Source of the DNA: Methanobacteriota archaeon
Lineage (GTDB): Archaea; Undinarchaeota; Undinarchaeia; Undinarchaeales; Undinarchaeaceae
Direction: 5' to 3'
Length of the DNA stretch: 64,000 nt
NCBI GenBank assembly: GCA_002687935.1
Contig: NZBN01000002.1
Coordinates: 7,394 to 71,393, forward strand
Both the position numbers and the translations under genes were made by a program. Shown here one piece after another: positions 1 to 10,507 of this stretch (the stretch's first letter is position 1; each line of letters opens with the position of its first letter). The notes beneath the pieces are model-generated. The model did not search any database. It had not been told where the DNA came from and saw only the letters and a program-made list of their open reading frames with translations.

Positions 1-1046
1 CTTGAGATAGGGGTACATTTCTGCGTAAGTATATTCGAAGTAGGCTTTTGCAGGAGGATTTGTAAATGCCTCAGCCATTTTTATCTCATTCTTGATCATT
101 TCCTTAATCTTCGCCTGCAATTCTTCTTCATATTTCTCCGTCCAAATTTTCTTAGATTTCAAATATTTTCTAAATCTGAGTATAGGGTCTTTTTTCTTCC
201 ATTCATCGACTTCTTTCTGATCTCTGTATTTTGTTGGGTCATCTGATGTCGTATGATATCCTATTCTGTATGTAAATGCCTCTATCAAGCTTGGACCCTT
301 TCCTGAACGGGCTCTATCAAGGGCGTGTTTTGTTATATTGTACATTGCCAGAATATCATTTCCGTCAACTTTTATTCCGGGCATTCCGTAAGCAATTGAT
401 TTCTGTGCAATAGTTTCTGATGCAGTCTGCTTCTCAATAGGAACTGATATTGCATATTGGTTGTTGTTACACATGAAAACTGTGTTTGTCTTGAATACGG
501 CGGCAAAATTCATTGCCTCGTGGAATTCCCCTTCTGATGTCGCCCCGTCTCCGAAAAATGTCAGTGTCGCCGCCTTCTCCTCATTTAGAGCCTGAGCCCA
601 TCCAATTCCTGCTCCATGAAGTGTCTGCGAACCGACAGGTATAGAGACTGGAAGCATATTTATTCCATCTGGAAGGACGGCTCCTTCTTCACTTCCCTTC
701 CAGTAAAGGTAAATGTTGTGAAGTTCCATTCCTCTGACCAGATAAATTCCGGTTTCCCGGAATGCGGGGACTACCCAGTCTTCCTTGTCAAGAGCAAAGG
801 CGCTTCCTATATGGAGGGCTTCGTGTCCTGCAACTGGGGCGAATGTAAGCATTCTTCCCTGTCTCTGCAGACTCACTGCTTTTTCATCAGAGACTCTAGT
901 GTAAAGCATGTAGAAGTACATCTCCTTTAACTGCTCGTCAGAGAGCTTCGGCTCATCTCCAACTATTTTTCCGTTCTTGTCAAGAACTTGATAGACCTGC
1001 CCATCAAGCGGTTTGAATGCTTCAAATAAGTCCTTCTTCTTTGCCA
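1..1046 (-). CDS. pdhA: Pyruvate/2-oxoacid dehydrogenase E1 component alpha subunit (TPP-dependent); C-terminus runs off the window
   Basis: Reverse-strand translation from the ATG at 1046 reads MAKKKDLFEAFKPLDGQ... and includes a GDGATSEGEFHEAMNFA TPP-binding-like motif. Overall similarity is to E1 alpha. The frame stays open to position 1. Confidence 0.75.
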
Positions 1047-1927
1047 TTTCTCCCATTCACTATGTTTTTGATGTAATATTCTCCAGCTTTATAAGAGCTT
1101 CGAACTAATGGTCCTGAGGCAACATACTCAAAGCCCATCCTAAGTCCTTTCTCTTCATATTTTTTGAAAATATCAGGATGTACAAATTCTTTTACAGGGT
1201 AATGTCTTTCTGTCGGTCTCAGATATTGACCTATTGTCAGAAAATTTACATTCGCTTTTCGCAGGTCTTTCATAGCCGTCAAAACCTCTTCCTGACTTTC
1301 TCCAACTCCTACCATTATCGATGACTTTGTTGGCATTTTACTGTCTATTTTTTTTACAGCCCTTAGTGTTTCAAGGGATTTTTCATAACTGGCTCTTGGG
1401 TCTCTTATTTTGCTCTGAAGCTCTTTAACGACTTCTATATTGTGAGCATAGACATCTGGTTTGGCCTTAACAACATTCTTTATTTGTTTCTCATTAGAAA
1501 AGAAATCTGGAGTCAGAACTTCGATAAGAGTGTCGGGGCACTGTTTCTGTATAGCTCTGATACATTTTGCAAAATGTTCTGAGCCTCCGTCCGGAAGTTC
1601 ATCTCTGTTTACTGATGTTATTACTACGTACTCAACTCCAAAATTTTCTATGGCTTCTGCCAATTTTTCAGGCTCTTCAGAATCCGGAGGCTTTTTTGGT
1701 ATTCCTGTTTTTATATCGCAAAATCGGCAGGCTCTCGTACAGGTGTCTCCCATTATCATAAAAGTTGCAGTTCCCTGTGTCCAACATTCGCTGATATTCG
1801 GACAGCTCGCTTCTTCACATACTGTTGACACGCCGGAATTTTTGACAATAGCCTGTGTTTTAGAAAATCGTCTGCTAGTCGGAAGTTTAATCTTAAACCA
1901 GTCTGGCTTTTTTGCTTGTTCAGCCAT
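1022..1927 (-). CDS. lipA: Lipoyl synthase (radical SAM)
   Basis: Two cysteine clusters are present: CEEASCPNISECW and the radical-SAM CTRACRFC. Length is 301 aa. Confidence 0.85.
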   Translation of the reverse strand: MAEQAKKPDWFKIKLPTSRRFSKTQAIVKNSGVSTVCEEASCPNISECWTQGTATFMIMGDTCTRACRFCDIKTGIPKKPPDSEEPEKLAEAIENFGVEYVVITSVNRDELPDGGSEHFAKCIRAIQKQCPDTLIEVLTPDFFSNEKQIKNVVKAKPDVYAHNIEVVKELQSKIRDPRASYEKSLETLRAVKKIDSKMPTKSSIMVGVGESQEEVLTAMKDLRKANVNFLTIGQYLRPTERHYPVKEFVHPDIFKKYEEKGLRMGFEYVASGPLVRSSYKAGEYYIKNIVNGRNGKEEGLI

Positions 1928-1941
1928 GCTAATAAATGGGA

Positions 1942-2262
1942 TTAGTCAGAAGGCTCCTCAAGTGCCCATTCCTTGAGTTTTTCGTATTTGACTGCACCAC
2001 AGAGGCCTTTCTTTGTCCTCAGGTTGTAGAAGTATGGAACTCCTCCACACTTTCCTTGGTCAAGCTCCTGTAAGTAAGCGGCATTCTGGGCATTGTGCCA
2101 GACCTCGATTTTCTTTATTTTTACTCCTTCTTCTTTCTGAAGGCGTTCTGTCAAAGGGTCCATTTCGTGGCAGTGTGTACACTCGGTCCCATAGAAATCT
2201 AGAAGGTAGTCTTCGTCTCCTACCTGTGCATTTTCTTCTATATTCTCCTCTTTTTCAGCCAT
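1942..2262 (-). CDS. Thioredoxin/glutaredoxin-like small redox protein
   Basis: A CTHC (CxxC) motif sits in a roughly 100-aa thioredoxin-fold-like protein. Confidence 0.5.
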   Translation of the reverse strand: MAEKEENIEENAQVGDEDYLLDFYGTECTHCHEMDPLTERLQKEEGVKIKKIEVWHNAQNAAYLQELDQGKCGGVPYFYNLRTKKGLCGAVKYEKLKEWALEEPSD

Positions 2263-2301
2263 AATATCACCTAAAGTCTATATTTTTCTAATCTATAAAT
2301 A

Positions 2302-3285
2302 CTATAGTATTTTTGCAGATTCTCCGACAGAGCAGACTAAAATCTCCTTGACTCCATGCGTTTCCTTGAACTCTGATATGACTCGTTTTTCGTGTTCTTT
2401 GTAGGTATTAAGGTAGGGTGTCGCTCCTGTGTCTATTGAATAGTAAATTGGAAATTCCTCTCTCAACTCTGTTGTTCTGTGCATTATTTCCGCTGTCGCG
2501 GCATTCCAGGCAAGAAGTCCTTCCCTCCCTGTCATCGTTACTGCGTGTAGGTTTCTTGTATCCTGTTCGGCGAGCTCCCATATTTTTTCGACTTCCTTAT
2601 TTTTGACGGCATTCCTCATCTGACTAAGTGTTTTTTCAATGTAGTCCAGCCTTGCTTTGAATAAAGGGGATGTCTCAACTTCTTCGTGAGCCTTTTCAGT
2701 TAAAGTTATACTCTCCACTAAAGGAACTACAATACTCCAGTCTTTGAAATCTTCAGGACTTCCTATCTGTACAGAATAAGAGCCTGATTTATCTGTTATC
2801 CATTCTGAAATTCCGCCTGTAACTGCTCTGCAGGCTGAGCCTGAGCCAAGTCTTGCCGTTTCTGAGACAAGTTTCATATCATAGTTTGCTCCGGAGGCTT
2901 CGAAGGCAGCCAGAGCAAGTGTAGCAAATCCTGAGGAGCTCGAGCCAAGTCCGACTCCCTGTGGAAAGGAATTTTTGGAATGCACTATTGCCGTTTTATC
3001 GCTTCCGGCTATCTTTCTTACTTCGTCAAGAACAGTCTTTACCCTTTCAAAAGCTCTTCCTGAAATTAAATTTCCGTCTATCTCAATCTGGTCGTGCTCT
3101 CCGTCATGAAATTCAACTGAAGTAGTGCTTTCAAGCGGTGCAGTGCAGACAGATATGCTTCCGTGATATGGTATTCTTTTTACAGAGTCTTTCAAACCGT
3201 GGTACTTTACCAATCCCTGCATTGGGTGCGCAGAAGCTCTTGCCATTATAATATTCCAAGCCTGTGTAGAGATACTCCGACCCAT
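2302..3285 (-). CDS. GHMP-kinase-family mevalonate (di)phosphate decarboxylase-like enzyme; likely true start at the internal Met (MARASAHP...)
   Basis: The N-terminal LVKYHGLKD resembles the MVD KYWGKRD motif. The GHMP motif PQGVGLGSSSSGFATLALAA is present. Confidence 0.6.
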   Translation of the reverse strand: MGRSISTQAWNIIMARASAHPMQGLVKYHGLKDSVKRIPYHGSISVCTAPLESTTSVEFHDGEHDQIEIDGNLISGRAFERVKTVLDEVRKIAGSDKTAIVHSKNSFPQGVGLGSSSSGFATLALAAFEASGANYDMKLVSETARLGSGSACRAVTGGISEWITDKSGSYSVQIGSPEDFKDWSIVVPLVESITLTEKAHEEVETSPLFKARLDYIEKTLSQMRNAVKNKEVEKIWELAEQDTRNLHAVTMTGREGLLAWNAATAEIMHRTTELREEFPIYYSIDTGATPYLNTYKEHEKRVISEFKETHGVKEILVCSVGESAKIL

Positions 3286-3504
3286 ATAACGTGGCCGATG
3301 TATATCAGTGCAAATAATTTGTTCAGAGGCACCTTGTCCAGGAGGTGATGCTTTGATTTCTTGTGAAATTTTCCTGCTGTGTGCGACATGACAAAATATA
3401 CACTGCTGTCTAAAACAAAAATATAGTAGAGTATCGCTTCAAGTGTTAATGCCATGACCGACTTTATGCATAAGTCTTAATAAGTTTGTCCCCCTAGGCT
3501 GGCT

Positions 3505-4260
3505 ATGAAGCTTTTGTCCTGGAATGTAAATGGCATCCGTGCATCCCTCAAAAAAGGCTTTCTCGACTTTGTGGAGAAAGAAAATCCGGATATTCTCTGT
3601 CTTCAGGAAACAAAGGCACATCCGGAGCAGGTGGATGAAATTCTTGATGACTATCATAAGTTCTGGAATTCAGCGGAGAAAAAAGGTTATTCTGGGACTG
3701 CAGTATTCTCAAAAGAAGAGCCCCTCTCTGTGACTAATGGAATTGGAATTGAGAAGCACGATAAAGAAGGGAGAGTAGTGAGCTGTGAATTTGATGATTA
3801 TTTTCTGGTAAATGTCTATACTCCAAATGCCCAGAATGAACTTGCAAGAATTGATTACAGGGTGGACTGGGATAAAGCCTTTCTGAATTATATAAAAACA
3901 CTTGAGAAAAGCAAGCCTGTAATTACTTGTGGTGATTTCAATGTGGCACATAAAGCAATTGACCTTGCAAGACCAAAGCAAAATGAGGGGAATGCCGGCT
4001 ATTCTGAGCAGGAGAGGGCGGGCTTTGACGCCTACATAAATGCCGGCTTTGTAGATAGTTTCAGAATCTTTAATCAGGAGCCTGAGAACTACTCTTGGTG
4101 GAGTTATAGAGCTATTGGAGCCAGAGACAGAAATGTCGGCTGGCGTATAGATTATTTTCTGGTTTCAGAAGGTCTTAAGGACAAAGTCAAAAGTGCATTT
4201 ATTCTTAACAAAGTAATGGGTTCAGATCACTGCCCTGTTGGTATAGAGCTCAAGTCTTAA
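3505..4260 (+). CDS. xth: Exodeoxyribonuclease III (AP endonuclease)
   Basis: [13 protein letters not shown]...LCLQETK is the N-terminal signature of the Xth/APE1 family. Length is 251 aa. Confidence 0.85.
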   Translation: MKLLSWNVNGIRASLKKGFLDFVEKENPDILCLQETKAHPEQVDEILDDYHKFWNSAEKKGYSGTAVFSKEEPLSVTNGIGIEKHDKEGRVVSCEFDDYFLVNVYTPNAQNELARIDYRVDWDKAFLNYIKTLEKSKPVITCGDFNVAHKAIDLARPKQNEGNAGYSEQERAGFDAYINAGFVDSFRIFNQEPENYSWWSYRAIGARDRNVGWRIDYFLVSEGLKDKVKSAFILNKVMGSDHCPVGIELKS

Positions 4261-4261
4261 C

Positions 4262-5167
4262 TTATTTCTTACTTTTCAAATATTTGTAAACGCTCTGGGC
4301 TGCTGTAGAACCTTCTGCGGCCGATGTTATGAATTGTTTCAAATTACTGTGCGTAGTCACGTCTCCTGCGGCGTAGAATCCTTCAAGATTTGTGGCCATC
4401 TGTTTGTCGACTTCAATAAATTTACGTTCATTTAGATTAATATTCAGGTCTTTTACAAGTTCAACAACAGGTTCTGCACCAATTTCTATGAAGAGTCCTC
4501 CAAGTTCCATACTTTCTCCATTATCTAACTTGACTCCTGTTAAAGTTTTGTCACCGATAATTTCGGTGACATTAACATTGTGAATTACTTTTACATTTTT
4601 TTCTTCAAGGGCGTAGACCTGTTCAGTGGTTATTGGCTCTGCCTTCAGCCTTTCACCGCGATAAAGAACGAAAACTTTCTCTGCAATTTCTGAAAGCAGT
4701 AATGTACCAAGTCCTGCTGAATCTCCCCCACCTACAATTCCTACAACTTTGTCCTTAAAGAAATGGGCGTCGCAGGTGTAACAATAACTTACTCCCTTTC
4801 CTTGGAATTCCTCTTCACCTGGTATTCCAAGTTTTCTGTGTTTCATCCCTGTGGCATAAATTACTGCTTTTCCTTCATACTCTGCTTTGTTCGTGGTGAG
4901 TTTAAAACCGCCCTCAATCTTTTCTATTTTCTTTACACTTTCATTAATCAATGGAACCTCGTATTCCTTAACGTGCTTGATAAATTTCTGCATAAGTTCT
5001 ATTCCGGAAATTCCAGGGTCGCCTATCCAGTTGTCAACCCGGTGGGCAATATTTCCTGTTCCGCCCATATCAGGGGCTATAAGTATTGTGTCAAGTTTGA
5101 ATCGTGCAGCATAAAGCGAAGCTCCAAGTCCTGCCGCACCTCCTCCAATAACTATACAATCATGCAT
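4262..5167 (-). CDS. trxB: Thioredoxin reductase-like FAD/NAD(P) pyridine nucleotide-disulfide oxidoreductase
   Basis: A GGGAAG FAD-binding N-terminus and a redox CxxC (CYTC) are present. Length is 301 aa. Confidence 0.75.
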   Translation of the reverse strand: MHDCIVIGGGAAGLGASLYAARFKLDTILIAPDMGGTGNIAHRVDNWIGDPGISGIELMQKFIKHVKEYEVPLINESVKKIEKIEGGFKLTTNKAEYEGKAVIYATGMKHRKLGIPGEEEFQGKGVSYCYTCDAHFFKDKVVGIVGGGDSAGLGTLLLSEIAEKVFVLYRGERLKAEPITTEQVYALEEKNVKVIHNVNVTEIIGDKTLTGVKLDNGESMELGGLFIEIGAEPVVELVKDLNINLNERKFIEVDKQMATNLEGFYAAGDVTTHSNLKQFITSAAEGSTAAQSVYKYLKSKK

Positions 5168-5290
5168 AAATGTGGTATATATTACTTCTATTTAAATTTA
5201 AAGACGGTTTGGCTATCGCTTTCTGTGCTTCGGTCTCTTCTTCTTGCCGACATTGCTTCCGTGTTTTGCTGGTCTTGCACCCATTGTAAT

Positions 5291-7174
5291 CTATTTATTC
5301 TGTCCCTTTCCTGTATTAAGCCTTTCTATCTCTTCCTTGAGAATTTTCATAATAATCTTTCCATCAGCCTTTCCGCGGACTTCCTTCATTACCAGTCCCA
5401 TCAGTGGTTGAAGAGCACGTTCTTTTTGTTCTCTTATGAATTTCTCTTTCTTTTCCACTATCTTCCGTATCAGTTTTTCCAAATCCTTCTGGCTTATTGC
5501 CTTTACTCCTGTCTTTTTAATAAGAGAGTCAAGACTTTTGTCTGGTGTCCTGCTCCATGCTTCAAGAATTTTAGGGACTGCTTCTTTGCTGAATTTTCCT
5601 GCTGAAAGTGCATTGAAGAGTTCAGTATAGTGTCCTTCCTGGAGTATGAATTCTTCATCCAGTGATTTCACAGCATTTGTAAATGTGCTTGCTATAACGA
5701 CAGGGTCTGCCTCGGTTTCCTTTGTCATTTGTTCGAACATTCTGAGGAAGTCACTTCTCTGTATTTTTTCTGCAAGATTTTGGGAAAGACAGTATTTTTT
5801 CTTGAGCTCTTTAACTCGTTCCTCTGGCATTGTTGGAAGATTTTTCTGCATTTCCTTAAGTAGACTTTTCTGTATTGCGCGTGGGGATAAATCTGTTTCA
5901 GGATACATTCTTGCTGAGCCAGCTATCGGTCGCATATATGCGCTGTTTCCGTCAGGGAGGGCCTTCCTTGTTTCTCCTGGCAATTCATTGGCGGCAAGAA
6001 GTGCTCTGTCTGATGCGACACTTATACATTTTTTACAGTTTTCCTCCTCATCGGCTATAAGTATGAATGCGTCCGTTTCTCCTACTTCCAGTTTCTGTTT
6101 TATTTTACTTACTTCTTCCTCGTTTATTCCGTAAGCTGGTAGCTCATCAGAGTGGAAGAGACCCCTTGCTCCATAGGCTTTTGCGTATTCTGAAAGCTCA
6201 GTTCCAAAACGCCGTCCTTCCTGGATTTCTCTGCCCAATATTCCGGCAAAGCCTGAAAGTCTTGCTCCAAATACTGCTCCTCCTGAATCGAGGGCTGTTC
6301 TAAGTATTTTTGATTTAGTTTTCGCAAGTGTTTTTGAAAGATTTGTCGGCTTTCCGGCAGAAATCCTTATCTTTGAAAGTTCATCTTCTATTTTAAGAAG
6401 ACTGGTCTGTCTCTGTATTTCACTTTCAGCGTATTTTGGAATTAAGTTCAGTTCCTGAACTCCTTTTATTTCTATCCGGGTACCGTTTTTTATTGATATA
6501 TTGAGATCCTGTCTGATTGTTCCTATTCCTCGCTTAACTTTCTTTGTTGCTCTTAACATTCCTCCAATCGTTTTTGCCACTTCTCTGGCCTCTTCCGGAC
6601 TTCGTATGTCAGGTTCTGTTGCTATTTCTATTAAAGGGACTCCGAGTCTGTCAAGATTATAGCTCACCTTTCCGTCTTCTTTTCCAACTATTCTGGCTGA
6701 ATCTTCCTCAAGACATATTGTCTGTATCCTGATTCCACCTTCTGCGGTTTCCAGAAGTCCTCCTGTGGATACAAGTGAGGTTCTTTGAAATCCTGTTGTG
6801 TTTGAGCCGTCAATTACAGTCTTTCTCATTACATGGAGCTCATCCACTATTCTACTATCCAGAAGAAGGGACATCTGTAGCGCCGTTGATAGAGACTCTC
6901 TATCAATTCTTTTTGGAGGCTCTTCGTCAAGCTCTACAAGGCAGTTTGAATCTTTGTAGAAATTATAACTGTATCTATTTCCGCGAACTTCAGCTTGCAT
7001 TGCCGCTGCGTCAACCATTCCAAATTCTCCTGCCACTGCTCTAAGCGTTCTTTCTATGATATAGTCAGGGTCTTCATCCTGAGTTTCGCTTGGACATCTG
7101 CAAAAGAGCTTACCAGTATCTAATTGCTGGTGTATTTCAAGTCCTATTTTCAGCCCTAGCTTCTTGTAGTCCAT
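5291..7174 (-). CDS. gatE: Glutamyl-tRNA(Gln) amidotransferase subunit E (archaeal GatE)
   Basis: 627 aa. The N-terminus MDYKKLGLKIGLEIHQQL matches the GatB/E family. There is a C-terminal YqeY-like domain. Confidence 0.85.
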   Translation of the reverse strand: MDYKKLGLKIGLEIHQQLDTGKLFCRCPSETQDEDPDYIIERTLRAVAGEFGMVDAAAMQAEVRGNRYSYNFYKDSNCLVELDEEPPKRIDRESLSTALQMSLLLDSRIVDELHVMRKTVIDGSNTTGFQRTSLVSTGGLLETAEGGIRIQTICLEEDSARIVGKEDGKVSYNLDRLGVPLIEIATEPDIRSPEEAREVAKTIGGMLRATKKVKRGIGTIRQDLNISIKNGTRIEIKGVQELNLIPKYAESEIQRQTSLLKIEDELSKIRISAGKPTNLSKTLAKTKSKILRTALDSGGAVFGARLSGFAGILGREIQEGRRFGTELSEYAKAYGARGLFHSDELPAYGINEEEVSKIKQKLEVGETDAFILIADEEENCKKCISVASDRALLAANELPGETRKALPDGNSAYMRPIAGSARMYPETDLSPRAIQKSLLKEMQKNLPTMPEERVKELKKKYCLSQNLAEKIQRSDFLRMFEQMTKETEADPVVIASTFTNAVKSLDEEFILQEGHYTELFNALSAGKFSKEAVPKILEAWSRTPDKSLDSLIKKTGVKAISQKDLEKLIRKIVEKKEKFIREQKERALQPLMGLVMKEVRGKADGKIIMKILKEEIERLNTGKGQNK

Positions 7175-7204
7175 ATTTCGGTTTTCTTTTCTGCGTTTAT
7201 TTAA

Positions 7205-7918
7205 TTATCCTATTATTGCAAGCACCAATGCTATTGAAATAGGCTGGTGTATCAGATATATAAAAAGGGAGTTTCTTCCAAGAAATGAAAGGAATCTTAT
7301 TGTTTTCCCTGTTGATAAATCCTGAATTTTGTACTGCCTTTCTCCTCTTTTATAGAGTGAATTTCCTATAAAGATTCCAAAAAGGACATAGCCAAACCAG
7401 GGGAAGAGGGGAAAGTAGTCAAAGGTATAAAAGTTTGCGGGAGCAATTCCAAGCCATAAGAGAGAGTAGGTCTGAACTCTTTGTTCCATTATTACAATCC
7501 CTGCAAACAAGGCAAGTAATCCTACAACAAAGGCTGATTTTCTTCTTGCCAGGAATGGATAAGCAAGTATTATTGAAAGGCCGATGAAGTGCAGTATTCC
7601 GAAATAAATAGTTCCTGCTGGAAGAAATATCCAGGTCACAGCAGTGATTAGAAGTCCCCAGCTGAATATTTTGAGGCCTCTTTTTGTGTAGTGCGTGAGG
7701 CTCCTCCTATTCCGGTTGTAGCTTAGTGTAAGGGAAATTCCTACAAGTACTATGAATGTTAGCGCTATTGATCGTGCGAAAATCCACCATCCACCCTGCC
7801 CTATTTTCCACCCCAGGCTTCCAAAGTAGTTAAGGTCGAACAAAAAATGAAAGATTATCATTGCACTTATTGCAATTCCCCTCAGAGCGTCAATCTCCCA
7901 TAGGCGCGATGGTTTCAT
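7205..7918 (-). CDS. Polytopic membrane protein, DUF1624/acyltransferase-like
   Basis: Multiple hydrophobic helices. The N-terminal EIDALRGIAI motif is typical of the heparan-alpha-glucosaminide N-acetyltransferase-like family. Confidence 0.5.
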   Translation of the reverse strand: MKPSRLWEIDALRGIAISAMIIFHFLFDLNYFGSLGWKIGQGGWWIFARSIALTFIVLVGISLTLSYNRNRRSLTHYTKRGLKIFSWGLLITAVTWIFLPAGTIYFGILHFIGLSIILAYPFLARRKSAFVVGLLALFAGIVIMEQRVQTYSLLWLGIAPANFYTFDYFPLFPWFGYVLFGIFIGNSLYKRGERQYKIQDLSTGKTIRFLSFLGRNSLFIYLIHQPISIALVLAIIG

Positions 7919-8191
7919 AATCTGTCTTGCATTAAAGGTATTTTAACAGTTTCTCTCTAAGTTCTTTGACATCTGCTTTGAACTTAGTCTTTTTAAGCGC
8001 ACCACCTATTGTGCTATCCGGGCATAGTATGAGCTGACAAAGAAAAAATTGAATAACTATACCCTCGGCTACCCAAGAGATTTAGATGAAAACGAGACGA
8101 GCAGTATAACTAGACAAATGAATTCTTACTGGCTATTATTATCTTGTCTGCTCATTAAGGAATCTGTATAATTAGTGGTTTTTATATGTTT

Positions 8192-9496
8192 CTAATACAA
8201 AAAGCTGTCAGGCTGAATCCTGCCATTAAACTCACCTGTAATGTTCTCAAGCATCTTCTCCTCAACTTCGGAACGCTTGAAATTTCCTAAAGTCCAGGCA
8301 AGTTTTACATAAGCTGTTTCTGGCAGCATATCCTTGAGGTAACTAACTCCTGCATTTTTTAAAAGCCTTCCAGCACTGTAAATCATTGAGTCTGTTGTTC
8401 CATAAAGTGTTTGAGTTGTCATTCCAACAAACATTCCGCTGTCAATTGCCTTTTCTACAGACTTTAACCAACTGTCCTTCTTGTCCAGTGGTTGAGTTGC
8501 AACGTGACCGAATCCGGTTCCGGCTATTATAATTCCTTTGTATTTTTTGTCTATGTAGTGTTCAAGAATATCTGACCTTGCTCCAGGATAGGAATAAATC
8601 AGGGCAACTTTTTCTTCCACCTTATCTAAGAGTTTCGGTTTTCCACTACTTCGTTCACTGTGCTGCGTTCCTGACATTACTATATTTCCATCAGGCCATA
8701 TTTTTGCAATCGCTTCCTCATTTATAGGTCTGAAGGCGTCCCTCCGAGAGGAGTGCATTTTTCTGACCTTCGTTCCTCTGCTTGCTATACAATATTCGTC
8801 AGAACTTTCTCCGTGCATAACTATCGCTACTTCAGAAATGTCTGAAAGGCAGTAATGTGCTGCGCATAACATGTTCATCTGTCCGTCGAAACTTCCTCTG
8901 TCGGCTGACCGTTGAGCACCTACAACTGCTACTGGTTTGTTTAAATCCTGTATCATAAACGAGAGTGCTGCAGAGGTATAATGAAGTGTGTCTGTTCCGT
9001 GCGTTACTATTACACCCTCTTTATCTTTACCAAGTTCTTTGTAAACTTCCTTTGCCATTTTGGACCAGTCTTTATGGCCAATATCCTCACTAAGAAGGCT
9101 GAAAGGCTGTATTATATCATCTATCTGTACAATTTTTGCAAGTTTTGGCATTTCTGCCAGAAGTTCTTCTCCTGTTTTGAAGGGAGAAACACCTCCAGTT
9201 TTATAATCAACTTTGGAGGTTATTGTTCCTCCAGTTGATACAAGAGAAAGTTTGGGAAGGCCCTTTCCTACTTTTACTCTTGTTTTCGGAGATTTAGTCT
9301 CCATGTTTTCTGGCAGTTTTTCAATCTTTGAAATATCTTTTTTTGAAATTCCTATGTTATAGCCTGAATTCAACTTAAGCACTATGTGTTCTTTGTCTGA
9401 CAACTCGCTCCGCGGCATTAAAATGCCTTCGTAGCTGGCTTTCTTTGCTTTTATTTTAACCTTGTCGCCTATACTTGGCTGAGCCATATCCAACAT
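8192..9496 (-). CDS. gatD: Glutamyl-tRNA(Gln) amidotransferase subunit D (GatD, asparaginase-like)
   Basis: Asparaginase-type motif VSTGGTITS. Length is about 430 aa. It is paired with gatE nearby. Confidence 0.8.
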   Translation of the reverse strand: MLDMAQPSIGDKVKIKAKKASYEGILMPRSELSDKEHIVLKLNSGYNIGISKKDISKIEKLPENMETKSPKTRVKVGKGLPKLSLVSTGGTITSKVDYKTGGVSPFKTGEELLAEMPKLAKIVQIDDIIQPFSLLSEDIGHKDWSKMAKEVYKELGKDKEGVIVTHGTDTLHYTSAALSFMIQDLNKPVAVVGAQRSADRGSFDGQMNMLCAAHYCLSDISEVAIVMHGESSDEYCIASRGTKVRKMHSSRRDAFRPINEEAIAKIWPDGNIVMSGTQHSERSSGKPKLLDKVEEKVALIYSYPGARSDILEHYIDKKYKGIIIAGTGFGHVATQPLDKKDSWLKSVEKAIDSGMFVGMTTQTLYGTTDSMIYSAGRLLKNAGVSYLKDMLPETAYVKLAWTLGNFKRSEVEEKMLENITGEFNGRIQPDSFLY

Positions 9497-9520
9497 ATAT
9501 TTAATCTCATTATATACTTA

Positions 9521-10507
9521 TTGAGTATGAATCTTGAACAGGAGATACGTTCTCGTGCTAAAAGAGTTGATACAGCCATTGAAGCGGTTCTTGAAGGAAT
9601 CGGTGTGCAGCTTTCCGAGCCGATGAAGTATCACACACTTTCAGGAGGAAAGCGTGTCAGACCATTCCTTTGTCTCCTGTCTTGTGAGATTTCTGGAGGT
9701 AATTCAGATAAAGCAGTTAACGCGGCAAGCGCTCTTGAACTTGCACATTCCTTTACTTTGGTTCACGATGATATAATGGATGAGGACGACTTGCGCCGTG
9801 GCAGGGAAAGTCTCTGGAAAAAATACGGAACTTCAATTGCAATAAATACCGGGGACGGTCTTTTTTCTCTTTCATATGGTGAAATTCTGAAAACTGATGC
9901 AGATTCTGAAATCTTGCTACGTATAACGAAAGAATTTTCGAAAAGTATTATCAAAATGTGTGAAGGACAGTCTCTTGACTTGGATTTCGAAATCCGTGAA
10001 ACTGTTTCCTTTGAGGAGTATATTGAAATGTCGGCTCTAAAAACTGGAGCCTTTCTTGAGGCTTCAGTCACAATCGGAGCTGTTCTTGGAGGAGCTTCAG
10101 ATGCCCAGTTGGAGGCTCTTTCAAAATATTCAAAAAACTGGGGGCTTGCCTTCCAGCTCTGGGATGATTTTATAGATTTTTCTTCGGATTCTACAGGCAA
10201 AACTAAAAATTCTGATATCAAAAGAGGCAAGAAAACAAGTATCGTATGCCATGCTCTTTCAAATTTAGAGCTTGAAGACAAAAAAAGACTTCTTGAAATA
10301 TTAAATACTTCTTCAAATGAAACTTCAGATGATTCTGTTTCGGAAGCTGTTTCTCTCCTTGAAAAAAGCTCTTCAATAAAGTTCGTGAAGGAAAAGGCGG
10401 AAGCATTTCTAAGTGAGGCTAAATCTGCATTAGACATTTTTCCAGATTCGGAAGCTAAAAATATCCTTCTTGAATTTGCTGACTACTGCATAAAGAGAAA
10501 GCTCTGA
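9521..10507 (+). CDS. Polyprenyl (geranylgeranyl/farnesyl) diphosphate synthase
   Basis: Two aspartate-rich motifs are present: LVHDDIMDEDD and FQLWDDFID. Confidence 0.85.
   Translation: MSMNLEQEIRSRAKRVDTAIEAVLEGIGVQLSEPMKYHTLSGGKRVRPFLCLLSCEISGGNSDKAVNAASALELAHSFTLVHDDIMDEDDLRRGRESLWKKYGTSIAINTGDGLFSLSYGEILKTDADSEILLRITKEFSKSIIKMCEGQSLDLDFEIRETVSFEEYIEMSALKTGAFLEASVTIGAVLGGASDAQLEALSKYSKNWGLAFQLWDDFIDFSSDSTGKTKNSDIKRGKKTSIVCHALSNLELEDKKRLLEILNTSSNETSDDSVSEAVSLLEKSSSIKFVKEKAEAFLSEAKSALDIFPDSEAKNILLEFADYCIKRKL

Noticed and set aside
616-930. 104-aa plus-strand ORF
   Set aside because: It lies antisense inside the well-supported E1 alpha coding region and has no recognisable features.
1461-1976. 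171-aa plus-strand ORF
   Set aside because: It lies antisense to lipA. Its composition is just a mirror of the coding strand.
7919-8191. 273-nt intergenic region inspected for C/D or H/ACA sRNA motifs
   Set aside because: No convincing box C (UGAUGA) / box D (CUGA) pairing or ACA-terminated hairpins were found. It probably holds only the promoter and 5' UTR of gatD.
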